64,000 bases of DNA, from positions 32,001 to 96,000 of the IMG/VR virus record IMGVR_UViG_3300013901_000005; one strand, 5' to 3'. Below are positions 19,474 to 34,120 of this stretch, piece after piece. Below the pieces are notes generated by a model. It worked only from the letters and a program-made list of their open reading frames with translations. It was not told where the DNA came from and did no database searches. Source of the stretch: a virus (taxonomy: Duplodnaviria > Caudoviricetes). How positions within the stretch are numbered: the stretch's first letter is position 1; each line of letters begins with the position of its first letter. Made by a program: the position numbers and the translations under genes.

Positions 19474-22400
19474 GTGTCAAAGTAGCGACTAACTAGTTTT
19501 CTAATGGTTTGATCTGCGATTACAATGAATATTTAGTATAGCAAGACAAGACATTAACAAATGCACTCAATGCTACTTTTATATCTAATATCGGAGAAAT
19601 GGGAGCCATACAAAATGATATGGGAAATTTAGAAATCCCAGATGAATTAAAGGATGGAAGCGTAAAACTCTCAGATGGTTTTTAGCCAATAGGTATAAAA
19701 GAGCATAATGGTATAATATATATAGCATCGATAAATGAAAAAGGCGAATGTGAAATAGGAAGTTATCCATCGCCGAATTATAAAAAGATAGAAGCATAGA
19801 GCCTTGACGCAATAGAAGTGAAAGAGCAAGAAGTTAATTTGGTAGAATCATATCAACCTTTAATGAATTGCGTAAATACAGATGTAGATGGATAGAAAAA
19901 ATTGTATTATACAAGTTAGATGGATCAAGGAGGTGTTTAGATAAAACCATGTAGAACAGTTCTTTTTAATTGGGATATTAACCACCCAGTTGATATATAG
20001 ATATAGCCATCATATGACGGATCGGTTAATTTGTTGATTAATGATAATAAAAACATACCTAGATTAATAAATACTAGGTTTAGTGTTACTTCTTCTGGAA
20101 AGGCAAAGATACCAAACAGAATGAAGAATAATGCTAATTTATATAGAATAATTCCAAAGCTCGAAAATGAATAGGAGTTTGATTAGGATAAATTTGATAT
20201 TGATACATCGCTTATTAAGCGCGTAAATAAATTTCCAATTATAGATTATGAGGGACAGCTAGAAAACGGAAATTTGAATGTTGGTAATTATGTATTTTAT
20301 ATTAAATATTGTGATTATGATAAAAATGAAACAGATTGGGTTGCCGAATCTGGTATTATTTCTGTGTTTAAAGGTACAGACGCAGATCCATTTACAATAA
20401 ATGGAGGAATTGAGAATGAAAATGCGAATAAAACAATATAGTTAAAATTAAATAATTTTGACACATCATATGATTTTATAAAAGTATATTATACTAAAAG
20501 TTCCTCATAGGCAAATATAGAACCTGTTCCAGAAGCATACGAAATTATAGATCCAATATTTGTTTCAGATGATTGTATAATATCAATTACTGGAAACGAA
20601 GATAAAAAATAGATAGGACTGGATTATATTCAGACTAGCTATTCTACAATTGAATATGCAAAAACATAGGCTTAGATTTAGAATAGGATGTTTTTTGCCA
20701 ATATAAAAGAACCAGATTTACTATATAAGGATTTAACCGATATTAGCCTACATATTAATCCATATGTTAATAAAATAAAATCAAAAGATAAAATAGGTCA
20801 TATAAGCCAAAAGGATTATAGTGAGGATTCCGAAATAAAAGAATCAACAGAAAAACATATATTTAAAGGTGAATATTATAATACAAAGAATATTTATTAT
20901 AATGTAGGATATTGGAATGAGGAATATTATAGATTAGGTATTGTTTATATAAATAAAGATGGATCTAATTCTCCTGTATTTAATCTTCCTGGAGGAGAGA
21001 TTACTGGATTTACCGATAATAAAAATACTGTATATTTGCATACTGTTATGTTAAAGAACGAATGTCCGAGTATTTTTGCATAGTCGACAAAAAGCCGCCA
21101 ATCATTCATAATAGATGGAAATTATATACAAAAAACCAAAATCAACACAAAGGGTGTTATACATATAAACGATAAGTAGATATCATACACAAATGATGAT
21201 TATATTTATTCACTGGGAGTATAGATATCACCTGAAATATAGAATTATCTTTTTGAACTGGGAATAAAGGGTTTTTTTATTGTAAGAAAGAAAAGAATAA
21301 AAACAATATTGGCATAGGGCTTTACGATGCCATGGGATAAAGAATCCCATTTACCTGTTGTTGAATATTGGGCAAAAAGTTTTCCGTATGTGAATGGCGG
21401 AAGTAAAATGGCTGGATTTGAATTAAACAAAAATAGCCTTAGTTATGTATTAAACAACAAAGACAACAATGATACAGTATCAATTGCTGGATCTTTCAGT
21501 AAATACATTGAAAATGTCGGAGGATATAATTCAAAGTCGGATAAAAAAATGATGTGGTTTCCACACTATTTTGTTGAGAGCTTTCTTACACAAACCGGAC
21601 AGGATACTAGAGATTGGAGAAAAACCGGTGATTCTACCAAAGACGGTTCTGTTGTAGGAGAAAGCTATCTTCTTACTAGGTGTCTTACAAATAGCTATTT
21701 GCCTAGGCTACACAATATACTTCCGTGTTGTATTGACGAGAAAATGGTTGACTGGCAAAGTACGGATAAAGATTGGTTATACAGACAATATAATCTTAAA
21801 GGATATTTTGTATTGACAAAGGATCCAAATGTGGCGTTTCAACCTGATTTTATAAATACTACATTTACTGATTTCGAAAGTGCCTTTGAATATTTATTGA
21901 TGGGACTTGGTGATTAGGACTAGAACCCAAATTATTTTACAGAATTACGATTTAGACTTTTTAATAATTTAAGTGAAACTAGTACGAGTGTTCAACTTAT
22001 AGATACTGCGAACCTTGTTGCATATTTAAAAAAATTTGAAGCCATTGATTTTACTTGCAAAAACAATCTTACAATTTTATAGTAGTTATAGTATGCCATA
22101 AAAGTGGATTCGTTTAATTATTAGTATAATTTTAAATTTGGGGATAATGATAACGAAAAGGTTTATTCTGATTTCAACGATATTATATATGATTATGTAA
22201 AATAGCTCGGAGAATCCGACAATAAAGAATATACTATTAATTTCAAATTAAATGTAAAAGTTCTAAATTAGAATAATACTATAATAGAGAGCTTTGAAGA
22301 ATTTATTAATAATTAGTTTTATAATAAAAATTACGGAGAGCTTTCTTACAAAGGGGAGAAACCGCAATATACTACATAGCAAAAAGGAGCGCCAGATTCT

Positions 22401-25253
22401 GGATATGCATATTCGTCAAATACAGATTATTATTATACGCCATAGCTATGTTTAAGAGAAGATGGATCAATCCCAATTTTCCCAAACGATTCCACAAATA
22501 AGTATTTAGCAAATGAATTATACGAATCGAAATGCTATTACTCGAGTTATATAATTACAAATGGAAAGGAGAAAGGCCCAGAAAAGGAGAAGCCACAATA
22601 TTTCTATATGCATTGGTATAATAGATATAAGTATTGTGACGGGAATTAGCTTACGGCAATATGTCCAGAATTTGAAGTTAATCAGACGGATTTTAATTAG
22701 TTCTTTACAGGATAGGAGCTTTCAATTAAGTATACAGCTTTCCAATAGGGTATGCCAATTAGGGATACGGAAAATGAAAGACATTATTATCCATATTATA
22801 AGTATTCTGAAGACCGGAAAGAGAATTCTGGAAAAGTGTATGAATACGATAACGATTATTTAAACAAGGAACTTAAATACAAGATTATAGGGGTTACAGA
22901 AAATCTTCCCACAGTAGGTATTGATCATACTATATTTACTTCGTTAGCTGGAAATGCGCAGGAGGCATATCGTACTAGTTTTATAAATGAACAGCATTCC
23001 GCAGAAAGAGGTAATATGAATGGAGAGGATTTTAATAGCAAAAATGATCAAGATTTTAATTTCGTGAGAGGAATCTATTCACCATATTTAGGAATTGTTG
23101 CAAAGCAATATAATAACTCTTCAGAGAAAGACAGAGGCTATAGTTATACTTTTAACATATATGCGAAAGGGACATAGTTCTGGGATGAAAATGGCGAGGA
23201 TCCAAATCTTTTAATAAGGTTTAATGATAATTCACCATATTATCCAATATCAAATAGAATAGAATTTAATGATAAAGGAGAGAATATTGAATAGGATATA
23301 TTTAGAGGAGATTGCTTCTTATGCACTTTTACGCATAGGGTAAATAGGAACTTTTAGGATTCTACTGCGCCTACAAATGATGTTATACTATATCCTGAAA
23401 CATGGGAAAAACATTATAAAGGTGATGGTTCTGAAAATGACAAAATCCAAAGAGGAGATATCAATGCTGTTAAATTAGGAAGTTGGATTACGATTAAAAT
23501 AAAATCTACAAATAATCTTTCAATAAGAACTGTTGATGAGTCAAATAGGGATGAGATGGCGATATTTGGACATGGAAGACGGTTTTATCCAATAGAACCT
23601 ATATCTGCAGAAGGCGGTACAAAGATTGCAACATCATATATTTCAAATAATGGATTTAAAACAAATTTGGGATTAAAAAGGTTTGTCGGGTATAAAGATT
23701 CTGCATATATAAGAAATGAATTTAAAAACAGAATAATATATTCAGATGTAAATACAACAGATTCATTTATTAATGGATATAGAGTTTTTAAAACAGGAAA
23801 TTACCAAGATTATTCAAAACAATATGGTGAAATAACAAAACTCATACCATTAGGGAATAATTTAGTTTGTATTATGGAGCATGGTGTTGGTTTAATACCA
23901 ATTAATGAAAGAGCTCTTGTAGCAAATGGAGATGGTGGAGAAGTATTTATAAATAACAAAACAATCCTTCCGGAGAATATAGTAATGATTAATGAATCGT
24001 ATGGTTGTCAATGGCCAGAAGCAGTTATTTCAACACCATATTTTATATTTGGCTTAGACGCATCAGAAAGGAAAATATGGACTACAGATGGTACAAAATT
24101 ACAAATAATATCTGATAATAAAATTTCTAAATTTTTACAGGAAAATATTTCATTTAAGGAAAATGAAGTTGATATTAATATAATAAATTCAAATATTAAA
24201 ACAACTTACAATGCAAAGAAAAACGATGTAATGTTTACGGTATGGAATACAAAAGAGAATAAAATTTGGAATGTTTGCTATAATATTACGTTTGGTAATT
24301 TCTCGACTTTTTATTCGTGGATACCATCATATTCTGTTAATATAGACAATACGATGTATTCATTTGAATACCATATTCCAAAAGATAATAAAGATTTCTG
24401 GGATCATGATAATCATATATGGAAACACGGAAATTTAAAAGATTAGTATGTAAAGCCGACAAATTGGTATGGAAATACTTATCCTTTTGAATTTGAGTTT
24501 ATTGTAAATGATTCTATCTATTTATAGAAAATATTTTAGAATTTAAAAATAATAGCAAATAACGTGGAACCAGAATCTTTTCATTTTACCGTTTCTGGAG
24601 ATGCATATTCTTTTAAGGATGATTTGAAAAATATTTATTATAGATAGGAAGCAACCAGGGATCTTATGAATGGGCTGGGTTCGAATATTGAATATGATAA
24701 ATAGTATTCAAATACTGAATTGGATCAATAGAAAAAATCTGTTAAATTTACAGAATATTATAAAAAGGAAAAGCCAATATATTATATGTATGAGATTTAT
24801 AAATAGTTAACAGGAGATGGAAAAAATTACGATAATCTTTCTGGTACGGAAGTAGTAAAAAATAAACTTACAGATCATTATGAGATTTCTACGCATATTA
24901 AGAACACTTCTATAGAGAAAGATAATCGTTTAAGAGGTAATTCCCAATACAAAGAAAATGAATGGCATATACAGATTCCTTCTATAAATTTTAGGGAAAA
25001 GAATGAGGATAAATGGAAAGTACCACCAATAGTTTTACCGAAAAGCTCCGATAATTATGATATAAAATCCACAAACATAAATAAGTTACCGGCTGGATAT
25101 CGTTTTTCCGATATTGACACTGAAGATAGCTGGTCTGACAGAGAAGAAGCAAAAATTAGAGATAAATATATTAAGATTAAAATACGATATAATGGAAACA
25201 AGCTAGCCACAATATACAGTATTTTAACAATGTTTCAATTAAGTACATCATAA
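19470..25253 (+). CDS. tail muzzle/stabilisation protein (~1927 aa; TAG=Gln)
   Basis: LTNALNAT...QNDMGN, CEIGSYPSP, FRGDCF, PFEFEFIVN, IRDKYIKIKIRYNG motifs; track fragments 20688, 21327, 22752 and 23556 share one frame. Confidence 0.8.
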
Positions 25254-27412
25254 TGGCATATATAGATAGAAATTTTACACCAAAAAATCTTTCCAATTAG
25301 CCGCTTTTCCAATTACCAAAATCAGTTTTTTCTACGTAGTTTGACTAGCAATTATCAAACAAATTACGTAAACAACAATAGCATCAATATAGAGTATAGG
25401 CTTGGAAGAATGTGGGAAATACTTATTTAGGAGCCGCAGCACAATAGGCATTATCGATGTTTGGAAATAATATTTTCGGAGATTCGGAAGTTGGAAATAT
25501 GGCAAGCCAGGCAGTAGGTAATGTTGTTAATGATATGTTTAATTCCAATGGATTAAAATCTGGAATTGGTGATACCGTAATGGGAATAACAACTTCTGGT
25601 TTGTCAAATAGCAAAAATGCTGGAGCAAGAGCTGCTGGATCCGTATTGAATAGTGTCGGTTCTTAGGCGATAAACAATGTAGTTGGAAAATCCAATCTTC
25701 TTTCTGGATTTAATGGATATACGGGAGCTGGTATAGCGATAGGTGCTGTAAATGCCGCACTTAAACCGAAAACAGAATATAATGGTGAAAAAGGAAAGAT
25801 AACACAAGGTTTAGATACTATTGATTCGGTTGGTACTGCGGCTCTTTCTGCTATTCCAGTGGTTGGCCCAATTCTAGGATTGGCAAAATCAGCACTAGAT
25901 ACTGGTTTTAAGGCTCTTAATAATGCTGGCTATGGTACTGATGGCTAGACTACGGTAGATGCGCTTTTAGGAAGTAATATGATTGGAGAAGCCCTTTTGC
26001 CACTTTCTTTAATTAATGGTAAAAACGGAAAGACAACCTTAAAGCTAACCCCTAGGACATTTCAAGAAAATCAAGATCTTTCAAAAATAGAATCTGCTTA
26101 TACAGATACTGTATAGCAAGGATAGACAGCATGGAAACGGCAAGGGAAGAAATATGGTATGCTTTCTCACGGAGCATATAATAAAGCAAATAAACTCATT
26201 AATTGGTATGGAAATGCCAATGAAGCCCTTTTAAATATGGATCAATAGAATAAAATAGCAGATGCTAGGCAATAGGCAAATGGATTGGGAAACATCCAAT
26301 ATAATATTGATTTACAGGGTGGTTTAGACCCATAGACCTTAGTAGCAAAGGATGGAGCAAAAATAGAAAAGCCAATGCAGATTATCGAAGAGGTTATTCC
26401 ATAGTCAATTATTGATGATGTTGTTCCACAATTTTAGGGAGGAGGATAGCTTTTAGAAGAGGTTGTTATTCGGCCATCTGAAGACGATATGAAAGGAATA
26501 ATAGCAAAACGATGGCCTGCGATTAAAAATACTTCTGAATATCATATTTATAGGGATCCGGAATTTACAAAAGACAAAACCGGTTTAGGTTCAATAGAAT
26601 ATATTGCAGAACCTGAGATAAAATATAAAAATGGCTTTATTTTAAAGAATCCAAATAATACGCCAACAATAGTGTTTAATCCAGATACAAATACGATAGA
26701 TGATATTTAGTTGGATGTCCTTCACCATTTTAGAAATACCGATTAGAAATATCAATAGGTATTAAAGCAATTTTAGGATTATATTCTAAAAAATAGAAAA
26801 GGTGATGTTTTCTGGAATAGCGAATTAGGTTAGAAATTTAGAGAGTCAAAACAATCACCAGATAAATACAAAGATTTTATAGATAATAATATAAATGATT
26901 AGTATATTATTTAGGGGATAGACGGAGTTCTTCGAGATTTGATGGCTTCTGATAAAACTAGAAAGAAATCAGATTATCAAGCAAAAGAGGACGCTGAAAA
27001 ACAATGGTTGTTTGACGATACTGCAAAACAATTATATTAGAATATAGTTGATTATTTAAGTACTGGAGAGTTAAAACCATAGTAGTTTAAAAATGGCGGT
27101 GAGTTAAATATAATACCAGAAGGTGCGCTTCATAAGAATCTTCATCATATGGAAGATGACGAAAATATTACAAAAAAAGGTATTCCTGTTGTTGGTGAGG
27201 GGAATAATGGAGAGCGTGAGCAATTTGCCGAGATAGAAAGGTCTGAGATTATTCTTAGAAAAAGCCTTACAGAAAAACTCGAGAAAATGTTTAGAAAATA
27301 TAAGTCTGATATTTCTTAGTCAGAAAAAGACTAGGTGGCAACAAAAGCAGGCGAAATCTTAGTAGATGAATTATTGAATAAAACAATTGATAATACAAAA
27401 GAATTATTATGA
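25253..27412 (+). CDS. virion cargo protein with Gly/Ala-rich hydrophobic N-half (719 aa; TAG=Gln)
   Basis: FKNGGELNIIPEGALHKNLH...TKKGIPVV...AEIERSEII motif typical of crAss cargo proteins. Confidence 0.72.
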
Positions 27413-28260
27413 ACAAAGCAATTAAAGCATAGTGGGGAGTTGTTGTACCTAGAGTTCTGCCTATTATTGGGTAGTTTATCGAATCTTTACCGTCATTGGC
27501 CGCAGCTGCAGGAATAGCTGGAAGTTTTGTAGATGCAAAAGTTAATGACCATTCAGATAGTAAAAAATAGCTTAGATAGCAAGTAGCGCAACTAGCATAG
27601 CAAAGAAGACATCAGATGGCTGTTGCTGCTGCTAGGAATTTTACAGCTCCAACTTTAAATAATACACAATCTTCAGATGCGACACGGATAACTAGACCAG
27701 TTGTTGTTTCTACTACCCGACCTACTTCACTTAATCTTCATAGAACCGCAACAACAAAAGTACATCCAATAGCAATTACCAGGACAATGAGTGCTGCTTA
27801 GGATTCTACAGGAACAGCACCTAGAGATACTACAAATACAGCACCACGAGATACAACAGGAACCGCAACACCAGCAACAACAGAAACAGACAATCGTAGT
27901 TTGAGAGAGAAACTTGGTGACAGAATTGCTGGAAGAGGTCGGTAGAAACCGAAGCCAAAGCCATAGCAAAATCAAAATACGGAAAACCCAGAACCATTTT
28001 GGAAAAAATATTGGAAAGGACTTGCAGCTGGTGGAGTAGCAGGTGCTCCGTGGATATATAAAGGTGGAAAACGAGTTGTCAATGAATGGTTTAATGCATG
28101 GGGAGACGGAAACGAAAATCCAAAAGATAGTACTACGGTTGTTAAGTCTGTAAATACTTAGCCTATTAATAATAATCAACAGTAGGATACTATTTCTGTT
28201 AATGATAATGATGCATTATTGTTTTAGTCTGCCGCTGAAGATGATAAGTTGATAAGATGA
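27409..28260 (+). CDS. Thr/Ala-rich low-complexity putative membrane/cargo protein (TAG=Gln)
   Basis: 283 aa; ATGA overlaps at both ends; TAPRDTT repeats; two hydrophobic stretches. Confidence 0.68.
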
Positions 28261-28835
28261 TAACAATATATATTAATGATAAAGAATATAAGATAAAAGA
28301 GGCAAAAACTGAAGAAGAAAAAAGAAAAGGACTTTAGGGTATTAAAAAACTTCCAGAAAATGAAGGTATGCTCTTTTATTTTAATGACAATGAAAAACCG
28401 CAAATGTGGATGGACAAGGTAAATATTCCACTGGATATTATTTTTATAGATAATGATATGGAGGTTATTTATGTTTATCACGCGAAACCAAATGACAAGG
28501 CTTTGGTATCATACCCAGACACAAAATATGTGTTGGAATTAAATGCTAATAGTGGTGTTGTAGTAGGAGACGATATAGAATTTGATGATGAATCAGCACC
28601 AGTCATGAAGGTTCTAGCATAGGACGGTTCTTCATAGATGGATTTGTGGGGAGGAGAGAGAATATTCAGAAGAGCTTTCACGAAGCAATTAATTGAATGG
28701 GCAAAGAAAGCCGAAGAAAACAAAAACAACACTGAATTATTTGAAAAAATATGTAGGAGAATAGGTAAGAAAATGTTCAGGGAAATTAATGCATAGAATA
28801 ATAGAAAGCCAGAATATGTAGATACCCCAAAATAA
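28257..28835 (+). CDS. DUF192-family protein (TAG=Gln)
   Basis: AKTEEEKRKGLQG...EGMLFYF...MWMDKVNIPLDIIFID...YVLELNA. Confidence 0.8.
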
Positions 28836-28847
28836 GATAAAATTTAT

Positions 28848-28878
28848 TTTGATTTATTAAAAAAAATAATTAAATTTA
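28848..28878 (+). promoter_or_regulatory. probable promoter, same motif as 3832 and 4252
   Basis: TTTG-N19-TAAATTTA (one mismatch), with the same AATAAT spacer end. Confidence 0.5.
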
Positions 28879-28909
28879 TTCAGTAAATTTAATTTAATTA
28901 ATAATTATT

Positions 28910-29227
28910 ATGAGAATTATACCACGTAAGTTTTAGGATGGTGGTGCTGTTGATGCACCACAGGAGGAGGCCGTAGATCAGGGTGCTCCGGTAGAGGGAA
29001 CTACTCCAGAGGAGCAGGCACCCCAAGGTTAGGAAGATCCAATGATGCAGATTGTTCAGATGTTTGCTGAAGGTCTGCAGAAACAAGATTGTCAACTTTT
29101 GGCGCAGGGAGCACAGATGTTCCTTTAGCTCGTCCAGCAGTCGCAGGGCGGAGCAGCCCCACAAGAGGAACAAGGACAACCAGTATTTAAAAAGGGTGGT
29201 ATCCTTGTTCGTAGAATTAAGAAGTAA
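28910..29227 (+). CDS. small Gln/Ala/Glu-rich virion (cargo-type) protein (TAG=Gln)
   Basis: MRIIPRKFQDGG...QGQPVFKKGGILVRRIKK; 105 aa. Confidence 0.75.
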
Positions 29228-29240
29228 TTTTATTTAATAC

Positions 29241-29282
29241 ATTGGGGAAGGTATGTTGTATACTTTCCCCAATTTTTGTTTT
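29241..29282 (+). terminator. intrinsic terminator
   Basis: TTGGGGAAGGTAT/ATACTTTCCCCAA stem followed by a T run. Confidence 0.8.
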
Positions 29283-29290
29283 ATAGAAAA

Positions 29291-32263
29291 ATGGAAACAC
29301 CGAAAACATACAAATTTAACGATAAGAATTATAAATTATCAGATTTTCAGTCTTCTTCAAATGAGGGCTGGGATGAATACAGAAGTGCTTTGAGAGATGG
29401 AGAGAAAAATCAAGATGCTTTGAATTAGGCATATGATTATATGATAGACGGTATTAATAATGGAACAATAACAATTAAAGATGGGAACTTTTATACAAAT
29501 GATGAAAATATATTAAATAATAAATAGTTATATGGAGAGGTGACATATTATTTGAAAAGACAATTAGGCAAATCAAATGAATATATATCACCAGAAGAAA
29601 AAAGAAAGGTTGCATTGACAAATTCAGCTTTTGCAAATAATTTCAATAACTATATGTTTAATAGCAATGCATTTAATACAGAAGATTTTATAAATCTTGA
29701 TACACCGGATGAGAAAACTGGAAAGAGAGCAACGACAAATCGGGTTGCGGCAATCGGTAATTATCTAAACCAAATTGATCTTGATAGGGATTTTAAAGAT
29801 TTTGATGATGTAACTAGACAACGATACGCACAATATATTGACGATGCAAAAAAGGCCGTTGCTGACGGAACGATAACTTCAAATGAGTATCTAGCATTAT
29901 CTAGACTTTTTGGACAACAGGGAAATTGGAAAAATATTTTTACAACTGAAAAAAATCTTTCTACTACCGATTCAGATGATAATCAAACAACCGGAACCGA
30001 AACAACTGCTGCTCAACAAACTCCACAATAGGTTTTGGAAAATTATATGACAACGGAAATACCAGAATATACTGGAAAGGAAGAATCTTATAATGTTGAT
30101 ACAAACCTGAAATTTGGAAAAGGAACACAATAGATTTGGGGTAATATGATGCGTATTATCTCAAATGAGGCATTGATAAAAATGTTGTTATTATTAAATA
30201 ATGATCCTAAACTAACTTTAGATAAATTTGATTATATATAGAGAGCTGCAAAGCAAACCGGTGCTGATAAATTACGTTTTGTAATGCCAACAAGTGATTA
30301 GGCAAAATATCTGATTTTAGGGAATTTAAAATCTAGAAATCTTCTTACTGATATTGGTGATGGCAAATATATGTATTATATAAATAAATCACCATATGCG
30401 CTTATTTGGGATACAAAATAGAAGAAGTTATTTAAGACTGCTGCAAGAAATGTTGAATATATTGTAAGGGATAAATTGAATCAGTTTAGAAGTTCAAATG
30501 GAAATGCTTCTGACAACTGGTATACAAAATATATGTAGGATAATAATACTTCATAGGTTGAAAGCGATAAAAAAGGCGGTGTGCTAAAGGCTCAGACAGG
30601 AATGAAGGCGTTATTTGATTATTCGTTAAATTTTAAACCATAGGCTCCAGATTTTATGAGCTATTCACCAAGTTCTAGTTGGTTTACAAAATATTATGAT
30701 ACAAATCTTCCTAGTGGTGGATATACAGGATCTGACTACAATAAAGCTGTTTTTTATACTGATGATGATTTAAAAAATACAAATAGATATCGCAGATGGT
30801 ATAATCCAGAAACAAAACAATATGAATTATAGAATAGAGGTGATGCTGCGTCTACTGATAATATATCAGCTGGGAATGGATTATATGATGTAGAGGGGAT
30901 TGATGGATCATAGACACCTGACGAGAATCTCGAAGCAATGTCTTGGAATAGCGATTGGATACAACGTTTGATTACTAATGAAAAACTAGCAGAATCTTTT
31001 GCTAGACGATATAAGGATTTAAATGGATCAACAAATGGCGCATAGGCTTCAAATTGGTTTAATCCAGATGGGACTTTTAATTTTGAAAAATTCAAATAGG
31101 AAATACCAAATGGAAACGGAAAACTTTTTGTATGGTCTGATAAATTAAACGGTATAGGCCACGATGTATATAAAGGAAGAATGTATGGCATTTTTGACCC
31201 AAGTATAAATCAGGTTGTATATTATAATAATATACCAGAAGGATATAAGGTTAACGGAGACGCTAAATCATTTAATGATATTACTGATTTATATATGTTA
31301 GAAAAGGATCCGAGCTATAAAGCAAAAGGAAATGACGGAAAGCAAATAGGATCAACAAATAATATAAAAGATCTATAGGTAGATAACCCATATGACAAAC
31401 TAGGAAAGGCTGATTTGTTAGCTTTAAGCCGTTTAAGAATGGTATTGGATAACAATAAAAGAAATGCCGATATATTAAAAAGAGGTCTTACCCCAGTACA
31501 ATATGATACTTATAGGGAAAATTCACCTATCACTGGAGCATATACAACAATGTCCCAATATGGGAATATGGCTGCAAAAATCAATAGCCAAATGGCGGAT
31601 ATGCAGTCCGCTGACGGACGGGCTAGAATATTGGCATAGCTTAAAGGCGCATCATAGGCTGATGAATTAAGATAGAAAGGTATTGCAGCGGATGTTGCAG
31701 AACGGGCCCGTACAGAGCAATTATCCAGACAATATGAAAACCAGAATAAGGAACGTAGGCAGACAATAGCAAATAAAAATATTGATAATCTTGCTGCTTA
31801 TAGAAAAGAGCTTTCAAGTATTGATGCTAATAGAAATATGGCTGATTTTACAAGTAAGGATACTTATTTGAAATAGTATGAAGCTGATTATAGATAGAAG
31901 CAACTTAAAAAGAAACAAATGTATGATAATTATATCAAATCAATTGCTGATGCTGAGATTACATCATTCTATGCTGACGAAATGAAAAAAGCATCTAATG
32001 ATTTTAATAACTGGTATTCACAGCAGTCTACTGTAAATTAGAACGATGCTTCTTTGTTGAAAATGCAACCAGAATACTAGAAATATGAAAAAATAATGAG
32101 TGATATTAAAATCAAACAAAATGCCAAAGCATTATAGACGTATATGGCAATTACGGGTCAAAATTACATACCAGATAATTATTGGATAAAACCAAAAAAT
32201 TTATAGGATAAAAAATATAAGACTGGAGGAAAACTAATTCCTAAAAATAAGTTTTTGAAATGA
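29291..32263 (+). CDS. large cargo-type protein (990 aa; TAG=Gln)
   Basis: Track fragments 29540, 31181 and 31415 share a frame; ends YKTGGKLIPKNKFLK. Confidence 0.72.
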
Positions 32264-34119
32264 AAATAATACCAAAATATCAATAGGGAGGTTATGCCTC
32301 TTATTTTGCACAATATACAGCAGTTCCTTTTCCGACTACTTAGCAATAGAAAGCTGTAGCTTCGGAAAAGGAGCCTGTTACAACTAAATCAAAAGATACA
32401 AAAGATGAGAATATATCATAGAAAGATATATTAGATTTAATGAAAAATACAAAAGGTCTTGCAAATGAGATGCAGTAGACAATGTCTGGACTTGTCAATT
32501 CAATGAAATTGTCATCAATGCTTGGCGCTACATCTGATGATATGCTTCGTATTTATGCATAGTTTAAAGTATAGAGCGAGATAATGGCAAATAATAAGGT
32601 TGAGTTTGACAAAGCCGTTGATCAATTAAAAAAAGACGGATCACTTACTGATCCAGCTATTTCCACTACAGGAAATCTTTTATATCAAAAAAGAGATGGA
32701 TCACTAGGTGAAGTTTCCGTTTAGGCATATTTATCAAATCCGAAAAACTACACAGTAATATCAAATGATCAATTTACTAAACTTAGGCAATACAGTTCTA
32801 GTATGGCTTTTGATAAAGACTATATAAATGTATTGGATAATTCAATGAGTGCATAGAAGTTTAATAAAATAGTCAAAGATTTAAAAAATGATATTGGAGA
32901 GTCGAATACGTCATTTAGTGGTGTAGCAAATTATAATTAGAATTTAAAAGAAGGACTTACTGCACTTAACAATCTTTCAGATGAGGATAAAAGCAGAATT
33001 TTAAGTAATTTTAGTAAGACTGGAATATATGATTTTACTGTTGTTCATAATTCAAATGCAAAACAAATACAATAGGTTATAAAGACAATTACTGATCTAA
33101 TGCCAGACAATGCGAAAACCTGGGCTGCATATAAAGTAGGCAAAAAAGACAAGGAAGCCGCCACGATGGCAGTTGTAGCTGGATTACTGCTTGGGGGAAT
33201 AAAGACAACAGATACTTACGATGTCAAATATGGAAAAACAAAAGATGGAACTAGCTCATAGGGCGGAGGTTCTGATAGTGATGATGTTAAAATAAATACA
33301 GCGACTAAATTTGTGATTGGTGGAGGAAACCCAACATAGTTTATTATACATTCCGATGGTGGTTCTGGCATTTAGGTTTCTGCTAGAGTTATGCCACTAA
33401 CTACAAATAATGGAGATTATCTAGGCACAAATGCTACTGCATAGAGTGCCTTTTCTGGGCAGTTTAGCCCTGTTCTTGATGCATAGAATATTACGGTTGC
33501 GGGAAAGCATATTGATACTGCTCTTTTAAATGAGATAATTGTAAGAGATGGAAATATTGCTTCGGTAGATTTTCCTATTATTAGAGATTAGAATGGAGAT
33601 ATCAGACCTGATCTCAGTTTGGAAACTGTTTCAAAGAAATTAAAAGCAGATAAAGAGCTTTAGAGAATGGGAATAAATATTAATGATCCAGAATAGGTTA
33701 AAAACAATATAGATAAAATTAATTAGGTTTATCAGAAATGTTAGTTGCCACCAGCATACAATTAGGATGGAACTCCAAATAATACGACTTGGATGAGATT
33801 TGGTGTTATGAATGTTCAGACAACAGAAAATGTAATTGGCGACGATGTTGATCAAAGGCTAGTTTAGGAAATATAGGATAAAAATATTATTAACAATTTT
33901 AAACGAATAATGAAGGGCGTAGATAAAAATTATCAATTTCCTTCTGGTATTTTTAGCACTGATACAGTGTATAACACTGAATTATGGGTACCTCTTAAAG
34001 TTGATGTTAATACGTCAATGGCTAATGAAAAGATAAAACCTGGTCAATTTAATGATATAGAAGCAAAACAATAGGCTGCTCAAAAGCATGCCTAGTTAAC
34101 AAATAGTAGAATATACTGA
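32260..34119 (+). CDS. cargo-type protein (619 aa; TAG=Gln)
   Basis: MKIIPKYQQGG start with ATGA overlap; same frame as TGA 34117-34119. Confidence 0.72.
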
Positions 34120-34120
34120 T

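Noticed and set aside
22561-22863. Alternative-frame + strand ORFs (also 29052, 34251, 45516) and many short - strand ORFs
   Set aside because: They lie inside longer recoded genes and show no recognisable motifs.
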